Shown piece by piece: positions 1-10,004 of a DNA stretch of 64,000 nt (positions are counted from its first letter, which is position 1; each line of letters starts with the position of its first letter). The notes beneath the pieces were generated by a model. That model did no database searches and was not told the DNA's origin. It saw only the letters and a program-made list of their open reading frames with translations. Origin of the DNA: Spirochaetia bacterium (GTDB lineage: Bacteria > Spirochaetota > Spirochaetia > SZUA-6 > Bin103); the NCBI GenBank assembly GCA_965203905.1, contig CBDBDQ010000005.1:1792001-1856000 (forward strand), written 5' to 3'. The translations under genes were made by a program, and so were the position numbers.

Positions 1-2196
1 GACGTCCACGAACCCCGACAGTGCCGTGACCATGGCCTCCACCTGCTGGTCGGTGAAGCGGAAGTTGGGCATCCGGCTCTGCTGCAGCGGCTCCAGGTCG
101 CGGTGCAGGTCGAACACCCGCGGATCGGTCAGCTTGGCGGTCCACCAGGCGGTGCGGCTGTGCTCGATATGGAGGAAGCCGAAGTCGAACTGGTGCAGGG
201 CCTTGCGGCCGATGTTGGTAAGCGCGGTGCCGATCGGTTGCGCGTCCTCGAAGCCGGCGATGTCGTGACAGGCGAAGCAGCCGTACTGGGAGATCAGCCG
301 CTCGCCCGCGTACTCCAGCTTCTGGGCACGGTTCATGCCGGAAAGCTGATCCTGGGCCGTGATCATCGGCGCGGTGTTGGACAGGTAGTCGAGCGCGATG
401 CGGTCGACGATCTCCTCGTCCACCGCCGGGACCGCCCGCCCTGCGAATGCGGCGTCGGTGGAGCCCATCAGGTAGGCGGTGATGTCGGCGGCTTCCTGAT
501 CGGTGAGCCGCAGGCTGGGCATGCGCGTGTCGGGATGGTAGCTGGCCGGATCCTTGAGCCAGTTGTAGACCCATTGCGCCGAGGTCTTGCTGCCCAGGCC
601 CTGGAAGTTGGGACCGAACTGGCGCCGCAGATCCTGCTGGCTGGTGACCGTGCGCTCGGTGGCGCCCACGGTCTCCTCCGGAGCCTGGTGGCACGCCATG
701 CAGCCCACGGACGCCACCAGCTCCTCGCCCCGCACCGGATCGCCCCTTACCGGGATCGGCTCCATGTCGTAGGCCGTGCTGTTGGCGAACAGGTAGCTGA
801 CGATGGCGATCACTTCCTGGTCGGTGCGCGCCACCGCCTCGGGACCGCTGTTGTTGCTCTGGCCGAAATAGGCAGGCATCCAGGTCTGCGCCCGGAACCC
901 GGCGGGATCCTTGATCCACTGGAACGCGAACTCCGGAGACAGCTTGTCGGCCACGTTGCGCAGGCTCGGCCCACGCTTGGGAGCCCCGGCGAAGCTGGCG
1001 ATCTCGTGACACGAGTAGCAGCCCGCCTGCTCGACCAAGTCCAGCCCGTAGCTGAGCTTGGCGGCGCCGCGGATCTGGGTCTGGCCGCTGTGGCACTGGA
1101 AGCAGCCGGCCTCCGCGTAGCGCAGCGGATGCATCGGCTCCTCCCACAGGTGGTACTCTTTCCAGCCGAGGCGCTCCTCCCAGTCGTGGAGCTGCTCCTC
1201 GGAATCGGGGATGTGCACCGTGCCGACGAAATCGGTGGCGCGGCCGCGGCCGCCGTGGCAGCTGGTGCAGCCGAATTCCTCCAGCGGATGCGGCGAGTCG
1301 CTGGCCACGAACAGGGCCAGCCGCGGATGCGCCCCGTGCGGGTTCTCCACCCCTTCCAGGTCGGCGCGCTCCACGCCCTGGTGACAGGTGACGCAGCGGT
1401 CTACCCGTGGCACCTGGGCGAAGTTGAGGTTCTCCCTGATGTCGGCCAGCACCACCTGCTCGACCTTCAGCGAGGGCTGCGACAGGTCCAGGATCGGCAG
1501 GTCACGGATCACGTTGGCGATCTTCACTCCGACCGGCGAAAACTCCGGGTCCATCCGCACCAGCCGCCGCATCAGCAGGTCGGCGTCGCGCGACTCCTGG
1601 TCGCGGGCGCGGGTGGCGTCGCGGACGTCGTCCTCGAATCCCTGCAGCGCCGCGGTGGCCTGGTCCAGGGCCAGCTGCGCTTCTTCCTGGGCCACCGAGG
1701 CGCCGGCGAACTCACTCTGCCAGCGGTCGAGCTGGCCTGAGGTGCGTTCGCGCCGCAGCCCCAGACCCTCGGTGCCGGCAGCCGCCTGCTCGTCGCGGTA
1801 GCGGGCCCGCTCCATCTGTGCCTTCACGTTCTGGAAGCGGGAGTTGACGATGTCGAAGCGCGCCTTGAGCCGGTCCACCTCGCGCTCGGCGGCGCGCACC
1901 TCGTCCTGCCGCGCCTGCAGCGACTCCTCGGCGGCGGCCACCTGCTCGCGCGCCCGTGCCAAGTCGGCGCTGTTCTCCATCTGCACGGCCATCTCGTCGT
2001 ACGCGCCGCGCGTGACGTCACGGTCGATGCGCCGGAACTCGCGTTGCCAGCGCTTCCACTCACGCCCGTAGTCCTGGGCGAACGAGGCGATGATCGTGAC
2101 CAGGAGGACGATGCTGCCGATCGCGAACCACTTGTTGAGGGTGCCGATCTTGTAGTGCCGCTCTTCCGGCTGCGGTGCTTGAGGACGGACTGCCAT
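1..2196 (-). CDS. Membrane-anchored multiheme c-type cytochrome of the Rieske/cytochrome b complex (3' end runs off the window)
   Basis: Not in the ORF track. ATG at 2196 abuts the upstream stop codon and reads MAVRPQAPQPEERHYKIGTLNKWFAIGSIVLLVTIIASF (N-terminal TM helix), then a coiled-coil region. Six in-frame heme motifs: CVTCH, CTSCH, CFQCH, CYSCH, CMACH, CFACH. Confidence 0.9.
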   Translation of the reverse strand, partial: MAVRPQAPQPEERHYKIGTLNKWFAIGSIVLLVTIIASFAQDYGREWKRWQREFRRIDRDVTRGAYDEMAVQMENSADLARAREQVAAAEESLQARQDEVRAAEREVDRLKARFDIVNSRFQNVKAQMERARYRDEQAAAGTEGLGLRRERTSGQLDRWQSEFAGASVAQEEAQLALDQATAALQGFEDDVRDATRARDQESRDADLLMRRLVRMDPEFSPVGVKIANVIRDLPILDLSQPSLKVEQVVLADIRENLNFAQVPRVDRCVTCHQGVERADLEGVENPHGAHPRLALFVASDSPHPLEEFGCTSCHGGRGRATDFVGTVHIPDSEEQLHDWEERLGWKEYHLWEEPMHPLRYAEAGCFQCHSGQTQIRGAAKLSYGLDLVEQAGCYSCHEIASFAGAPKRGPSLRNVADKLSPEFAFQWIKDPAGFRAQTWMPAYFGQSNNSGPEAVARTDQEVIAIVSYLFANSTAYDMEPIPVRGDPVRGEELVASVGCMACHQAPEETVGATERTVTSQQDLRRQFGPNFQGLGSKTSAQWVYNWLKDPASYHPDTRMPSLRLTDQEAADITAYLMGSTDAAFAGRAVPAVDEEIVDRIALDYLSNTAPMITAQDQLSGMNRAQKLEYAGERLISQYGCFACHDIAGFEDAQPIGTALTNIGRKALHQFDFGFLHIEHSRTAWWTAKLTDPRVFDLHRDLEPLQQSRMPNFRFTDQQVEAMVTALSGFVDV

Positions 2197-3303
2197 TTAT
2201 ACGTTCAAGAAGAATTCCGGGATCGAGACGATGTACTTCAGGTTGAACAGCCAGCGCGTATACATCTTGATCGGCAGCGCCAATCCCATCAGCAGCAACA
2301 CGATGAAGAAGCTGTAACGCACCACGCCGAGGCGTTGGAACAGCCGCTTGAAGACGGTCTGCGCCAGCAGCCCCGGGAGGATGGCGAAGTACCCCAGAAT
2401 CAACAGTATCCCGAACAGCTCGCGTACCAGGATGTTCTCCGGCAGCCCGGAACGCAGCAGGAAGATGTAGACGTATTCCGAGAGGTTGACGTTGTTCAGC
2501 ACCTCCCGCTTGTTCGGGTCCCAGAATTCGAATGGTCCATAGAAATTCCAGTTGGGCCCGCGAAAGAAGGTGCCCACCAGGATCAGGAAGATCCACATCA
2601 CCACGAAGCCGAACAGGAAGATGCTGATCGACTTCATGCGCGGCTTGTAGCTGTAGAAGCCCTGGCCGCCGGGGTTGATGTCCATGTAGGGGATGGCGAC
2701 CAGGCCGACGATGATCAGCGTCGGCAGCACCACGCCTGCCAGCCACGGGTCGTAGTAGACCAGCATCTCCTGCAGGCCGAGGAAATACCACGGCGCCTTG
2801 GACGGGTTGGGCGAGACCGTGGGGTTGGCCGGCTCCTCCAGCGGCGCCTTGAGGAACAGCGACCAGACGATCATCAGCGCCATCGACAGGATCAGGGAGA
2901 TGAACTCCACGTATACCAGGTCGGGCCACACCAGCACCTTCTCGTTGTCCAGCGCCTCCTGCGGCGGCTCGCCCTTCTCGGCGCGCAGGTCGTTCTCACG
3001 CGCCTGCTTCATCGAGTACCAGAGGAAGAACGGCACCAGGAACAACAGCGCCGTGATCGGGATGTTGTCCGGCTTGAACACGATGAGGCGAAAGTTGGCG
3101 TCGGTGATGCCCCACAGGAAGAAGATCGCCAGCAATGCGAAGAACACGATGCCGCCGGCCGGGGTCCACAGCAGGTCCAGCTTCAGGCGCCGGTTGAGCT
3201 GGTACAGCCTGCCGCCGGGCGGAAAGATGAAGAAGAACCCGACGATGAAGATCGAGAACAGGATGGCCGGGTTGGAGACCCAGTTGAAGAATTGCTTGAG
3301 CAT
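2197..3303 (-). CDS. Cytochrome b C-terminal (subunit IV/PetD-like) polytopic membrane subunit with extra helices
   Basis: VWPDLVYVE and LEEPANPTVSPNPSKAPWYFLGLQEML (PEWY-equivalent) motifs; many TM segments; directly follows cytochrome b6. Confidence 0.85.
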   Translation of the reverse strand: MLKQFFNWVSNPAILFSIFIVGFFFIFPPGGRLYQLNRRLKLDLLWTPAGGIVFFALLAIFFLWGITDANFRLIVFKPDNIPITALLFLVPFFLWYSMKQARENDLRAEKGEPPQEALDNEKVLVWPDLVYVEFISLILSMALMIVWSLFLKAPLEEPANPTVSPNPSKAPWYFLGLQEMLVYYDPWLAGVVLPTLIIVGLVAIPYMDINPGGQGFYSYKPRMKSISIFLFGFVVMWIFLILVGTFFRGPNWNFYGPFEFWDPNKREVLNNVNLSEYVYIFLLRSGLPENILVRELFGILLILGYFAILPGLLAQTVFKRLFQRLGVVRYSFFIVLLLMGLALPIKMYTRWLFNLKYIVSIPEFFLNV

Positions 3304-3312
3304 TTCTTGCCT

Positions 3313-4179
<867 letters not shown>

Positions 4180-4217
4180 GGATCGCGTTACTCCTCGTGT
4201 TCATCTTGCTGCGCTCG

Positions 4218-5111
4218 CTACACGGCCAGGAACGACTCGGGGTCGCTCCACTCGCCCTTCTCCCACTGGTACTTGCGGGTCTTGTCGACCAGGATCTGGC
4301 CGTCGTCGGCCAGTGCCACGCGGTAGCGCTCCAGTGGCCGCGGCGCCGGCCCTTCGAAGTTGATCCCGGTCTTGCGGAAACCGCTGCCGTGGCATGGACA
4401 CTTGAACTTCTGCTCCCCGGACAGCCAGTTGGGCGTGCAGCCGAGGTGGGTGCAGACGGTCGACAGGACGTAGATCTCGGTCGGGGTGCGCACGATCCAG
4501 ACGCCGAACTGATCCTTGAAGCGGGTCGACACGTCGCCCACCGTGTACTCCTCGGGAAACCCGGCACGGAAGGTTTGCGGCGGCTCGAACAGCACGTTGG
4601 GAAACAGAAAGCGCACCGTGCCGATCAGCGTGCTGGCGGTGAGCGCCCCGAACGCCAGCCAGCCCGCGGTGATCCAGGAGAGGAAACCGCGGCGCGATAC
4701 CTCGCCACCGGCGACCGCGGCGCTCGCTGCGCCGCCCCCCGCACTGCCTCCGGAGCGCGAGCTCACGGCGGCCGTAGAGCGCGCCCCGGCCGCACCGGCG
4801 CGTGCCGCGCGGGCACCTGCCGCGGCCCGCGCTGCCGGCCGTCCCGCTGCGCCACCCGCCCGCGGGCTGGCGCCCGCGGCAGCCGCACGGCGCGCTGCGG
4901 CGGCTGCCTTGGACGGCCGCGCCTCGTCGGCAGGCTTGGGCGCGGCGCTCTTGGCGTCAGCGTCCTGTGGCGCGGCGCCCTTCGAGGCAGCATCCTTGGG
5001 CGCTTCCGCTGCGTCGCCGGAGCCGCCCGTGGTACCTGGCTCCTGGGGTTTGGGCGCCCGGGGTTTGGGCGCCTGGGGGCCGGTGCCGGCTTTCGCGTCT
5101 TCTTGGCTCAT
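4218..5111 (-). CDS. petC: Rieske 2Fe-2S subunit with long Ala/Pro-rich N-terminal extension
   Basis: CTHLGC and CPCHGS boxes, GPAPRPL, Tat motif SRRGFL. Confidence 0.92.
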   Translation of the reverse strand: MSQEDAKAGTGPQAPKPRAPKPQEPGTTGGSGDAAEAPKDAASKGAAPQDADAKSAAPKPADEARPSKAAAAARRAAAAGASPRAGGAAGRPAARAAAGARAARAGAAGARSTAAVSSRSGGSAGGGAASAAVAGGEVSRRGFLSWITAGWLAFGALTASTLIGTVRFLFPNVLFEPPQTFRAGFPEEYTVGDVSTRFKDQFGVWIVRTPTEIYVLSTVCTHLGCTPNWLSGEQKFKCPCHGSGFRKTGINFEGPAPRPLERYRVALADDGQILVDKTRKYQWEKGEWSDPESFLAV

Positions 5112-5171
5112 CTCGGTCTACTCGTTCTCGGGTTCTCGCGCGCCGGGGATTCCGGGCTCGGTAGGGTACCG

Positions 5172-6137
5172 TCAGCGCTTACCATAATTATTTACCGCTT
5201 GCTGTGCAATTCGTCTCACGCTCAAACTTACATCATCGCGCGCCAGCGTGGCGATGCGATCCTGCAACTCCCGGTCGGCGAACGGTGCGGCCGCCTCGAC
5301 CACCGTGGCCATCAGCAGATTCTGGTCCCGGTCGTCCACGTTGGGGAACTGCTGCAGATGCTCGCGGTCGAGCAGTTGCAGCAGGATCGTCTTGCCGCTC
5401 AGGTCTCCCAGCCGCGCCAGCGCCAGGGCGGCGTCCCAGGTCACCGCCGGCTCGGGGTCGTGCAGGGCGCGCTGCAGCGCCGCCGCCGCCGCCGGGTTCC
5501 CGGCCAGCCCCAGGGCGGTCGCCGCCCCGGAACGCACGCGCCCCGATTCGTCGTTCAGGTAGGGCAGCACCTCCGGGACTACCTCCGGGTCGCCGAACAT
5601 GCCCAGCGCCACCAGCAGCATGAAGCGCGTGCCCTCGGATTCCTGTGCGATTGCAGCGCTGATCGGCTCGATGAAGGCCTCGTTGCCGGCCCGCGCCATG
5701 GCCAGCGCCAGGTACTGGCGCACTCGCGGGTCGTCGTGCTCGGAGGCCTCGAAGACCCCCAGCATCTCCGCCGCGAAGCGCTGCTCGCCAGGCACGCGCT
5801 CGGGGTCGGACAGGATCTTGGACAGCTCGAACGCCGCCTGCCAGCGCTTGGTGGCCCCGCCGACCTTCACGTCGGCGATGTAGTCGTAGACCGTGTGCGG
5901 CTCGTTGGTCAGGATGCGCCAGGTCACCACCAGCAGCCCGGCGAACACCGCGATCAGAAACGGGATGATGAAGAAGGAGTGGATGATGACGCTGATGAAC
6001 GAGCGCTGCTGCGGCTGTTGGGCCGCGGCCTCCGCGGTGGTGCCGTTGGCGCCGTGAGTGGCGTCGGGCGGCTCCGGCGTGCCGTTGGCGCCGGGTTCGG
6101 GCAAGGAGACTTCGGGCCGCTGATCGGCGGGATCCAT
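5172..6137 (-). CDS. HEAT/PBS-repeat membrane-anchored protein
   Basis: One TM helix followed by repeats such as DPRVRQYLALAM, DESGRVRSGAATALG, DPEPAVTWDAALAL. Start chosen at ATG 6137. Confidence 0.75.
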   Translation of the reverse strand: MDPADQRPEVSLPEPGANGTPEPPDATHGANGTTAEAAAQQPQQRSFISVIIHSFFIIPFLIAVFAGLLVVTWRILTNEPHTVYDYIADVKVGGATKRWQAAFELSKILSDPERVPGEQRFAAEMLGVFEASEHDDPRVRQYLALAMARAGNEAFIEPISAAIAQESEGTRFMLLVALGMFGDPEVVPEVLPYLNDESGRVRSGAATALGLAGNPAAAAALQRALHDPEPAVTWDAALALARLGDLSGKTILLQLLDREHLQQFPNVDDRDQNLLMATVVEAAAPFADRELQDRIATLARDDVSLSVRRIAQQAVNNYGKR

Positions 6138-6249
6138 CGCCGGCAGTCTACGGAGATGGCACGCCGTCTTCAACCGCCCGCGCCCGGCGTCGCGCAAGCC
6201 GGATCCGCGCTGCTGGCAGCGGACGGCCGCGCCGCGTTACCGTTGCCCG

Positions 6250-6678
6250 ATGCCTCGATTCCGGTTGATCCCCGAAGTGTACCTGCTGCTGCTGGACCGC
6301 GATCGGATCCTGCTGCTGCGGCGCTACCGCACCGGCTACGAGGACGGCAACTACGGCCTGGTCGCGGGCCACGTCGACGGCAACGAGCCCGCCTCGGCGG
6401 CGCTGGTGAGGGAGGCGGCGGAGGAGGCCGGCGTCACCGTCGCCCCGGCCGCACTCGAACTCTGCCACGTGATGCACCGGCGCTCGGACCGGGAGAGCGT
6501 CGGCTTCTTCTTCCGCTGTCGCACGTGGTCGGGAGAGCCGTACAATCGCGAGCCGCACAAGTGTGACGACCTGCGCTGGTTTCCCACCGCCGCCCTGCCC
6601 GGCAACACGATCCCCTACGTGCGCCAGGCGATAGCGCTGGGCCTCGCCGGGCGGCCCTACTCGGAGTTTGGCTGGTAG
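6250..6678 (+). CDS. NUDIX hydrolase
   Basis: Nudix box GHVDGNEPASAALVREAAEEAG. Confidence 0.9.
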   Translation: MPRFRLIPEVYLLLLDRDRILLLRRYRTGYEDGNYGLVAGHVDGNEPASAALVREAAEEAGVTVAPAALELCHVMHRRSDRESVGFFFRCRTWSGEPYNREPHKCDDLRWFPTAALPGNTIPYVRQAIALGLAGRPYSEFGW

Positions 6679-6711
6679 GAGGCGCCGGCGCGGCGCTTGC
6701 GGGCCGGGCCG

Positions 6712-7686
6712 TCACCGGCCGTAGCGGTCGGCGAGCTCGGTAAGCAGCGCGGCGGTGCACTCGCCCAGTGCCTCCAGGCTGTAGCCGCCCTCCAGCACGA
6801 ACAGGTGGGGGATGTGCAGCCGGTCCAGCTCATCCAGCAACAACCGGTACAGCGTCGTGAAGCCGGCGGTGGAGACGCGCATCATTCCCAGCGGATCGCG
6901 CCGGTGGGCGTCGAAGCCGGCGGAGACGATCACCAGCTGCGGGGCGAACGCACGCAACGCCGGCAGCACCTGGCATTCGGTGGCGGCGAGGTACTCGTCA
7001 TCGCCCGACCCGGCGGGCAGCGGCAGGTTGAGCGTGTAGCCGGCTCCCGGTCCCGACCCGCGCTCGCCGGCGGCGCCGGTGCCGGGGTAGAACGGGTACT
7101 GGTGGATGGAGACGTAATAGACCGCCGCCGAGCGGTAGAACAGGTGCTGGGTGCCGTTGCCGTGATGCACGTCCGGGTCGAACACCAGCACCCGCTGCAG
7201 CGGTCCCGCCAGCGCCGCCGCGGCCGCCACGGCGACGTTGTTGAACAGGCAGAACCCCATCGCGTGGTCGCGCTCCGCGTGGTGCCCCGGCGGGCGCACC
7301 GCGCACAGCGCCGAGCGCGCGGTTCCGGCCAGCACCGCGGCGCTGGCGTCGAGCGCGGCGCCGGCGGCGTGCAGCGCCGCCACCACGCTGCCGGGGCCGA
7401 CCACCGTGTCGGCGTCCAGCCGCCGCCGGCGGCCGCGCAGGCCCAGGATCATCTCCACGTAGGAGGCCGCGTGCACCCGTTCCAGGGCCGCGCGCGGGGC
7501 GGGCCGCGGCGCGCACACCTGCAGCCGCGCGCCCAGGCCGGCGGCGTCGACGGCGGCCGAGATCGCCGCCAGCCGCTCGGGGCGCTCGCGGTGCCCGAGC
7601 CCGGGATCGTGCCCGGCGCAGGCCGCATGGGTGTACAGCCTCACGCGCCCGCCGCGCTCCGCCTCCGTCATCTCCGGCGCAACCAT
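6712..7686 (-). CDS. Histone deacetylase family (Zn-dependent acetyl-lysine/acetylpolyamine deacetylase)
   Basis: RPPGHHA, GFCLFNN, DVHHGNGT, SAGFD, LEGGY motifs; GGAGG RBS before ATG 7686. Confidence 0.92.
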   Translation of the reverse strand: MVAPEMTEAERGGRVRLYTHAACAGHDPGLGHRERPERLAAISAAVDAAGLGARLQVCAPRPAPRAALERVHAASYVEMILGLRGRRRRLDADTVVGPGSVVAALHAAGAALDASAAVLAGTARSALCAVRPPGHHAERDHAMGFCLFNNVAVAAAAALAGPLQRVLVFDPDVHHGNGTQHLFYRSAAVYYVSIHQYPFYPGTGAAGERGSGPGAGYTLNLPLPAGSGDDEYLAATECQVLPALRAFAPQLVIVSAGFDAHRRDPLGMMRVSTAGFTTLYRLLLDELDRLHIPHLFVLEGGYSLEALGECTAALLTELADRYGR

Positions 7687-7709
7687 GCACCACCTCCGTC
7701 GGCGCCACA

Positions 7710-7811
7710 AGCGCCCCGAAACCCGCCGCCTCGCGGCGTCGCTTCGGCCCAGACCCGCCTTACGTACGGAGTCCTGTCGGACCTGCCGCTGGCGCCCGTC
7801 CGACAGACTCC
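7710..7811. repeat. ~100-nt structured intergenic repeat, copy 1
   Basis: Closely similar to 53164-53264; hairpins CGCCGC-ctc-GCGGCG and GGAGTC(C)TGTCGGA...TCCGACAGACTCC. Confidence 0.85.
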
Positions 7812-7832
7812 GAGAACATGCTAATCTCGCGC

Positions 7833-7860
7833 TTGACAAACGGCCGCCGATGAGTAGCTT
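7833..7860 (+). promoter_or_regulatory. Putative sigma70 promoter of the ferredoxin genes
   Basis: TTGACA-16 nt-TAGCTT, 10 nt upstream of ATG 7871. Confidence 0.5.
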
Positions 7861-7870
7861 TAGGGCACCC

Positions 7871-8125
7871 ATGGCCTATATCATCGCTGAGCCCTGCATC
7901 GGTACCTGCGACACCTCCTGCGTCGAGGTGTGCCCGGTGGACTGCATCCATCCGGCGGAGGGGTATGACGATCCGGCAGACAAGCAGCTCTACATCGACC
8001 CCGACGAGTGCATCGACTGCGCCGCGTGCGTCCCGGAGTGTCCGGTGGACGCCATCTTCGAGGAGAGCGAACTCCCCGACAAGTGGGCGCACTTCATCGA
8101 GATCAACGCCAACTACTTCAAGTAG
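7871..8125 (+). CDS. fdxA: 7Fe/8Fe dicluster ferredoxin
   Basis: MAYIIAEPCIGTCDTSCVEVCPVDCIH...CIDCAACVPECP. Confidence 0.9.
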   Translation: MAYIIAEPCIGTCDTSCVEVCPVDCIHPAEGYDDPADKQLYIDPDECIDCAACVPECPVDAIFEESELPDKWAHFIEINANYFK

Positions 8126-8162
8126 CGGCGGGAAACGGAAGCTGACCAAGGAATAACGCGGC

Positions 8163-8498
8163 ATGGCCAAGACGCGACAGGCCTTCTACAAGTCGATTCC
8201 CGAGTTGCCGAAGGCCATGCAGACCAAGAAACGCAAGCCCAAGCTGATGGCCGTGGTGGACGAGGACAACTGCACCGGCTGTCAGGTGTGCGTCCCGTTC
8301 TGCCCGGTCGACTGCATCGAGACGGTGGCTTCGGACGTGTACGACAACCGGCCGATTCCGCCGGTGCAGATTCGCTTCAACGAGTGCATCGGCTGCCAGA
8401 TCTGCGCCCGGGTATGCACCCAGCTCACCTGGGACGCGATCCGCATGCTGCCCACGGCGCAGTTCGAAGCCCAGTACGGCATTTCCATCGACGCCTGA
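8163..8498 (+). CDS. 4Fe-4S dicluster protein
   Basis: CTGCQVCVPFCP and CIGCQICARVC motifs. Confidence 0.88.
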   Translation: MAKTRQAFYKSIPELPKAMQTKKRKPKLMAVVDEDNCTGCQVCVPFCPVDCIETVASDVYDNRPIPPVQIRFNECIGCQICARVCTQLTWDAIRMLPTAQFEAQYGISIDA

Positions 8499-8560
8499 CG
8501 CCGGCCCCCGGCCCGGCGCCGGGCCGAGCCCGCTGATACCGATCCCCGCCAGTATCTCCC

Positions 8561-9079
8561 ATGTGGCTGTTCATGTACGTCTGCTACCTGATGGGAGCGC
8601 TGACCTACGTGCTGTTCCTGTTCAGCGCGCTGCAGGACATCTTCCAGTTCGTGCTGTTCGGCGTCCCCCGCCTTACCTTCGCGTTCCTGACCGCCATCTT
8701 CTACCTGTTCACCCAGACCCTTACCATCTTCTTTTTCGTGGGCACCAGCAGCAACATCCGCGAATACCTGGAGTCGCAACCGGAGACTCCGGATCGCACC
8801 CAACTTGCGGCCCGCGCCCGCTACATCCGAGGGGCGGTGTCAGGCCATATCTATCTGAACATCCTGCTGTTCCTGGTCCAGGTGGTGCTGGGCGGCGCCG
8901 TGGCAGCGCGCGCTGTGCCCCACTTCCTGCATGCCGCCATGGTCGCGGTCGCGTTCCTGCACTTTCACTACGTGCTGTGGCGCGAGCATCTCGCGTTCCG
9001 GGACATCACCGGGGTGGTGGTGGCGATGACCGAACCGAGTCGTTCCGATCCTGCTGCCGACGCACCCCCGGACGCCTGA
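8561..9079 (+). CDS. Hypothetical four-TM membrane protein
   Basis: Four hydrophobic segments; GC3-rich codon usage. Confidence 0.7.
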   Translation: MWLFMYVCYLMGALTYVLFLFSALQDIFQFVLFGVPRLTFAFLTAIFYLFTQTLTIFFFVGTSSNIREYLESQPETPDRTQLAARARYIRGAVSGHIYLNILLFLVQVVLGGAVAARAVPHFLHAAMVAVAFLHFHYVLWREHLAFRDITGVVVAMTEPSRSDPAADAPPDA

Positions 9080-9200
9080 CCGCCGTTCGCCCGGCGTGCT
9101 CCGGGTGCTCCGGGTGCTCCGGGGCGACGACTGTGCGGTCAACGGACGGGATGTATATATTCGTGCCGGACCCGCTTGGCGGGCACATGGAGGTCATCAA

Positions 9201-9518
9201 ATGCTCAAGAAGAGAGTGGAAACAATCGTGACGGGGGCGACCGACGCGGTCACCGGGGCACTGGATGCGCGCGCCAATGCGATAACGGTGCGTCCGGACG
9301 CCGCCAGCCTGAAACGCATCGACGAGCTGGTCGAGGCGGAGCTGTTCGCCAACCGCTCACAGGCCACGTCGTTCCTGGTAGCGGAAGGCATCAAGGCCAA
9401 CAGCCAGATGTTCGACCAGATCTACGACGGGTTCGAGAAGATACGCCAGGTGAGGGAGGAGCTCCGCGGGCTGGCGGGCGGCGCCGCGCCCGAGACGGAA
9501 GAGCAGGCGTCGGAGTAG
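9201..9518 (+). CDS. CopG/ribbon-helix-helix-like small protein
   Basis: GGAGG RBS; ITVRPDAASLKRIDELVEAELFANRSQATSFLV resembles a ribbon-helix-helix fold. Confidence 0.6.
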   Translation: MLKKRVETIVTGATDAVTGALDARANAITVRPDAASLKRIDELVEAELFANRSQATSFLVAEGIKANSQMFDQIYDGFEKIRQVREELRGLAGGAAPETEEQASE

Positions 9519-9533
9519 CGCGCCTCGCCCCGG

Positions 9534-9716
9534 CTACAGCAGGTTCCAGAAGAAGTAGACGGCAAACAGCAGCAGTCCGCCGGCGGCGACGGCCAGGGTC
9601 ACGATGGCGCGGGTAAAGCCGCGGCGGCCGCTGTCGAACTTCAGGACCGTGCGCGTCGGAACCTCCGCGTCGGGCCGCTCCGGACCGGCCGCCGGGGACG
9701 GTGACTGATCCTTCAT
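9534..9716 (-). CDS. Small membrane protein
   Basis: C-terminal TM helix; ATGA overlap with the upstream ORF. Confidence 0.55.
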   Translation of the reverse strand: MKDQSPSPAAGPERPDAEVPTRTVLKFDSGRRGFTRAIVTLAVAAGGLLLFAVYFFWNLL

Positions 9717-9877
9717 GCCTTTCCCTTCCCACCCTTCACCAGGAACCAGCCCAGCAGGAACACGCCGGCGGCGATCGCCAGGTCGCGGCCGCGCGGGCTG
9801 GCGGGGAGGGTGAGGACGTAGCTTACCCCGAGGTAGGCCAGTGCCGCCGCCTGCAACACCTTTCCCGCGATCAGCAT
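9713..9877 (-). CDS. Small two-TM membrane protein
   Basis: MLIAGKVLQAAALAYLGVSYVL...GVFLLGWFL. Confidence 0.5.
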   Translation of the reverse strand: MLIAGKVLQAAALAYLGVSYVLTLPASPRGRDLAIAAGVFLLGWFLVKGGKGKA

Positions 9878-10004
9878 GGAGAGGTTGCCGGCGAGCGGTT
9901 GACAGCCCGAGAGACCACCATATGATGGAACAGTAGCGTTCACGGGCGCCCGCGGCCAGAGGCCCGGTGCCGGCGCCGAGACGTTTATTCCCTCAGGAGA
10001 CAGC

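Noticed and set aside
103-1740. Long plus-strand ORF (545 aa) and similar long ORFs such as 26803-29928, 50445-52865 and 4197-6566
   Set aside because: These are antisense shadows of real genes, caused by high GC3; they show no motifs of their own.
9096-9123. GTGCTCCGG x3 tandem repeat
   Set aside because: Short simple repeat with no spacers; not a CRISPR array.
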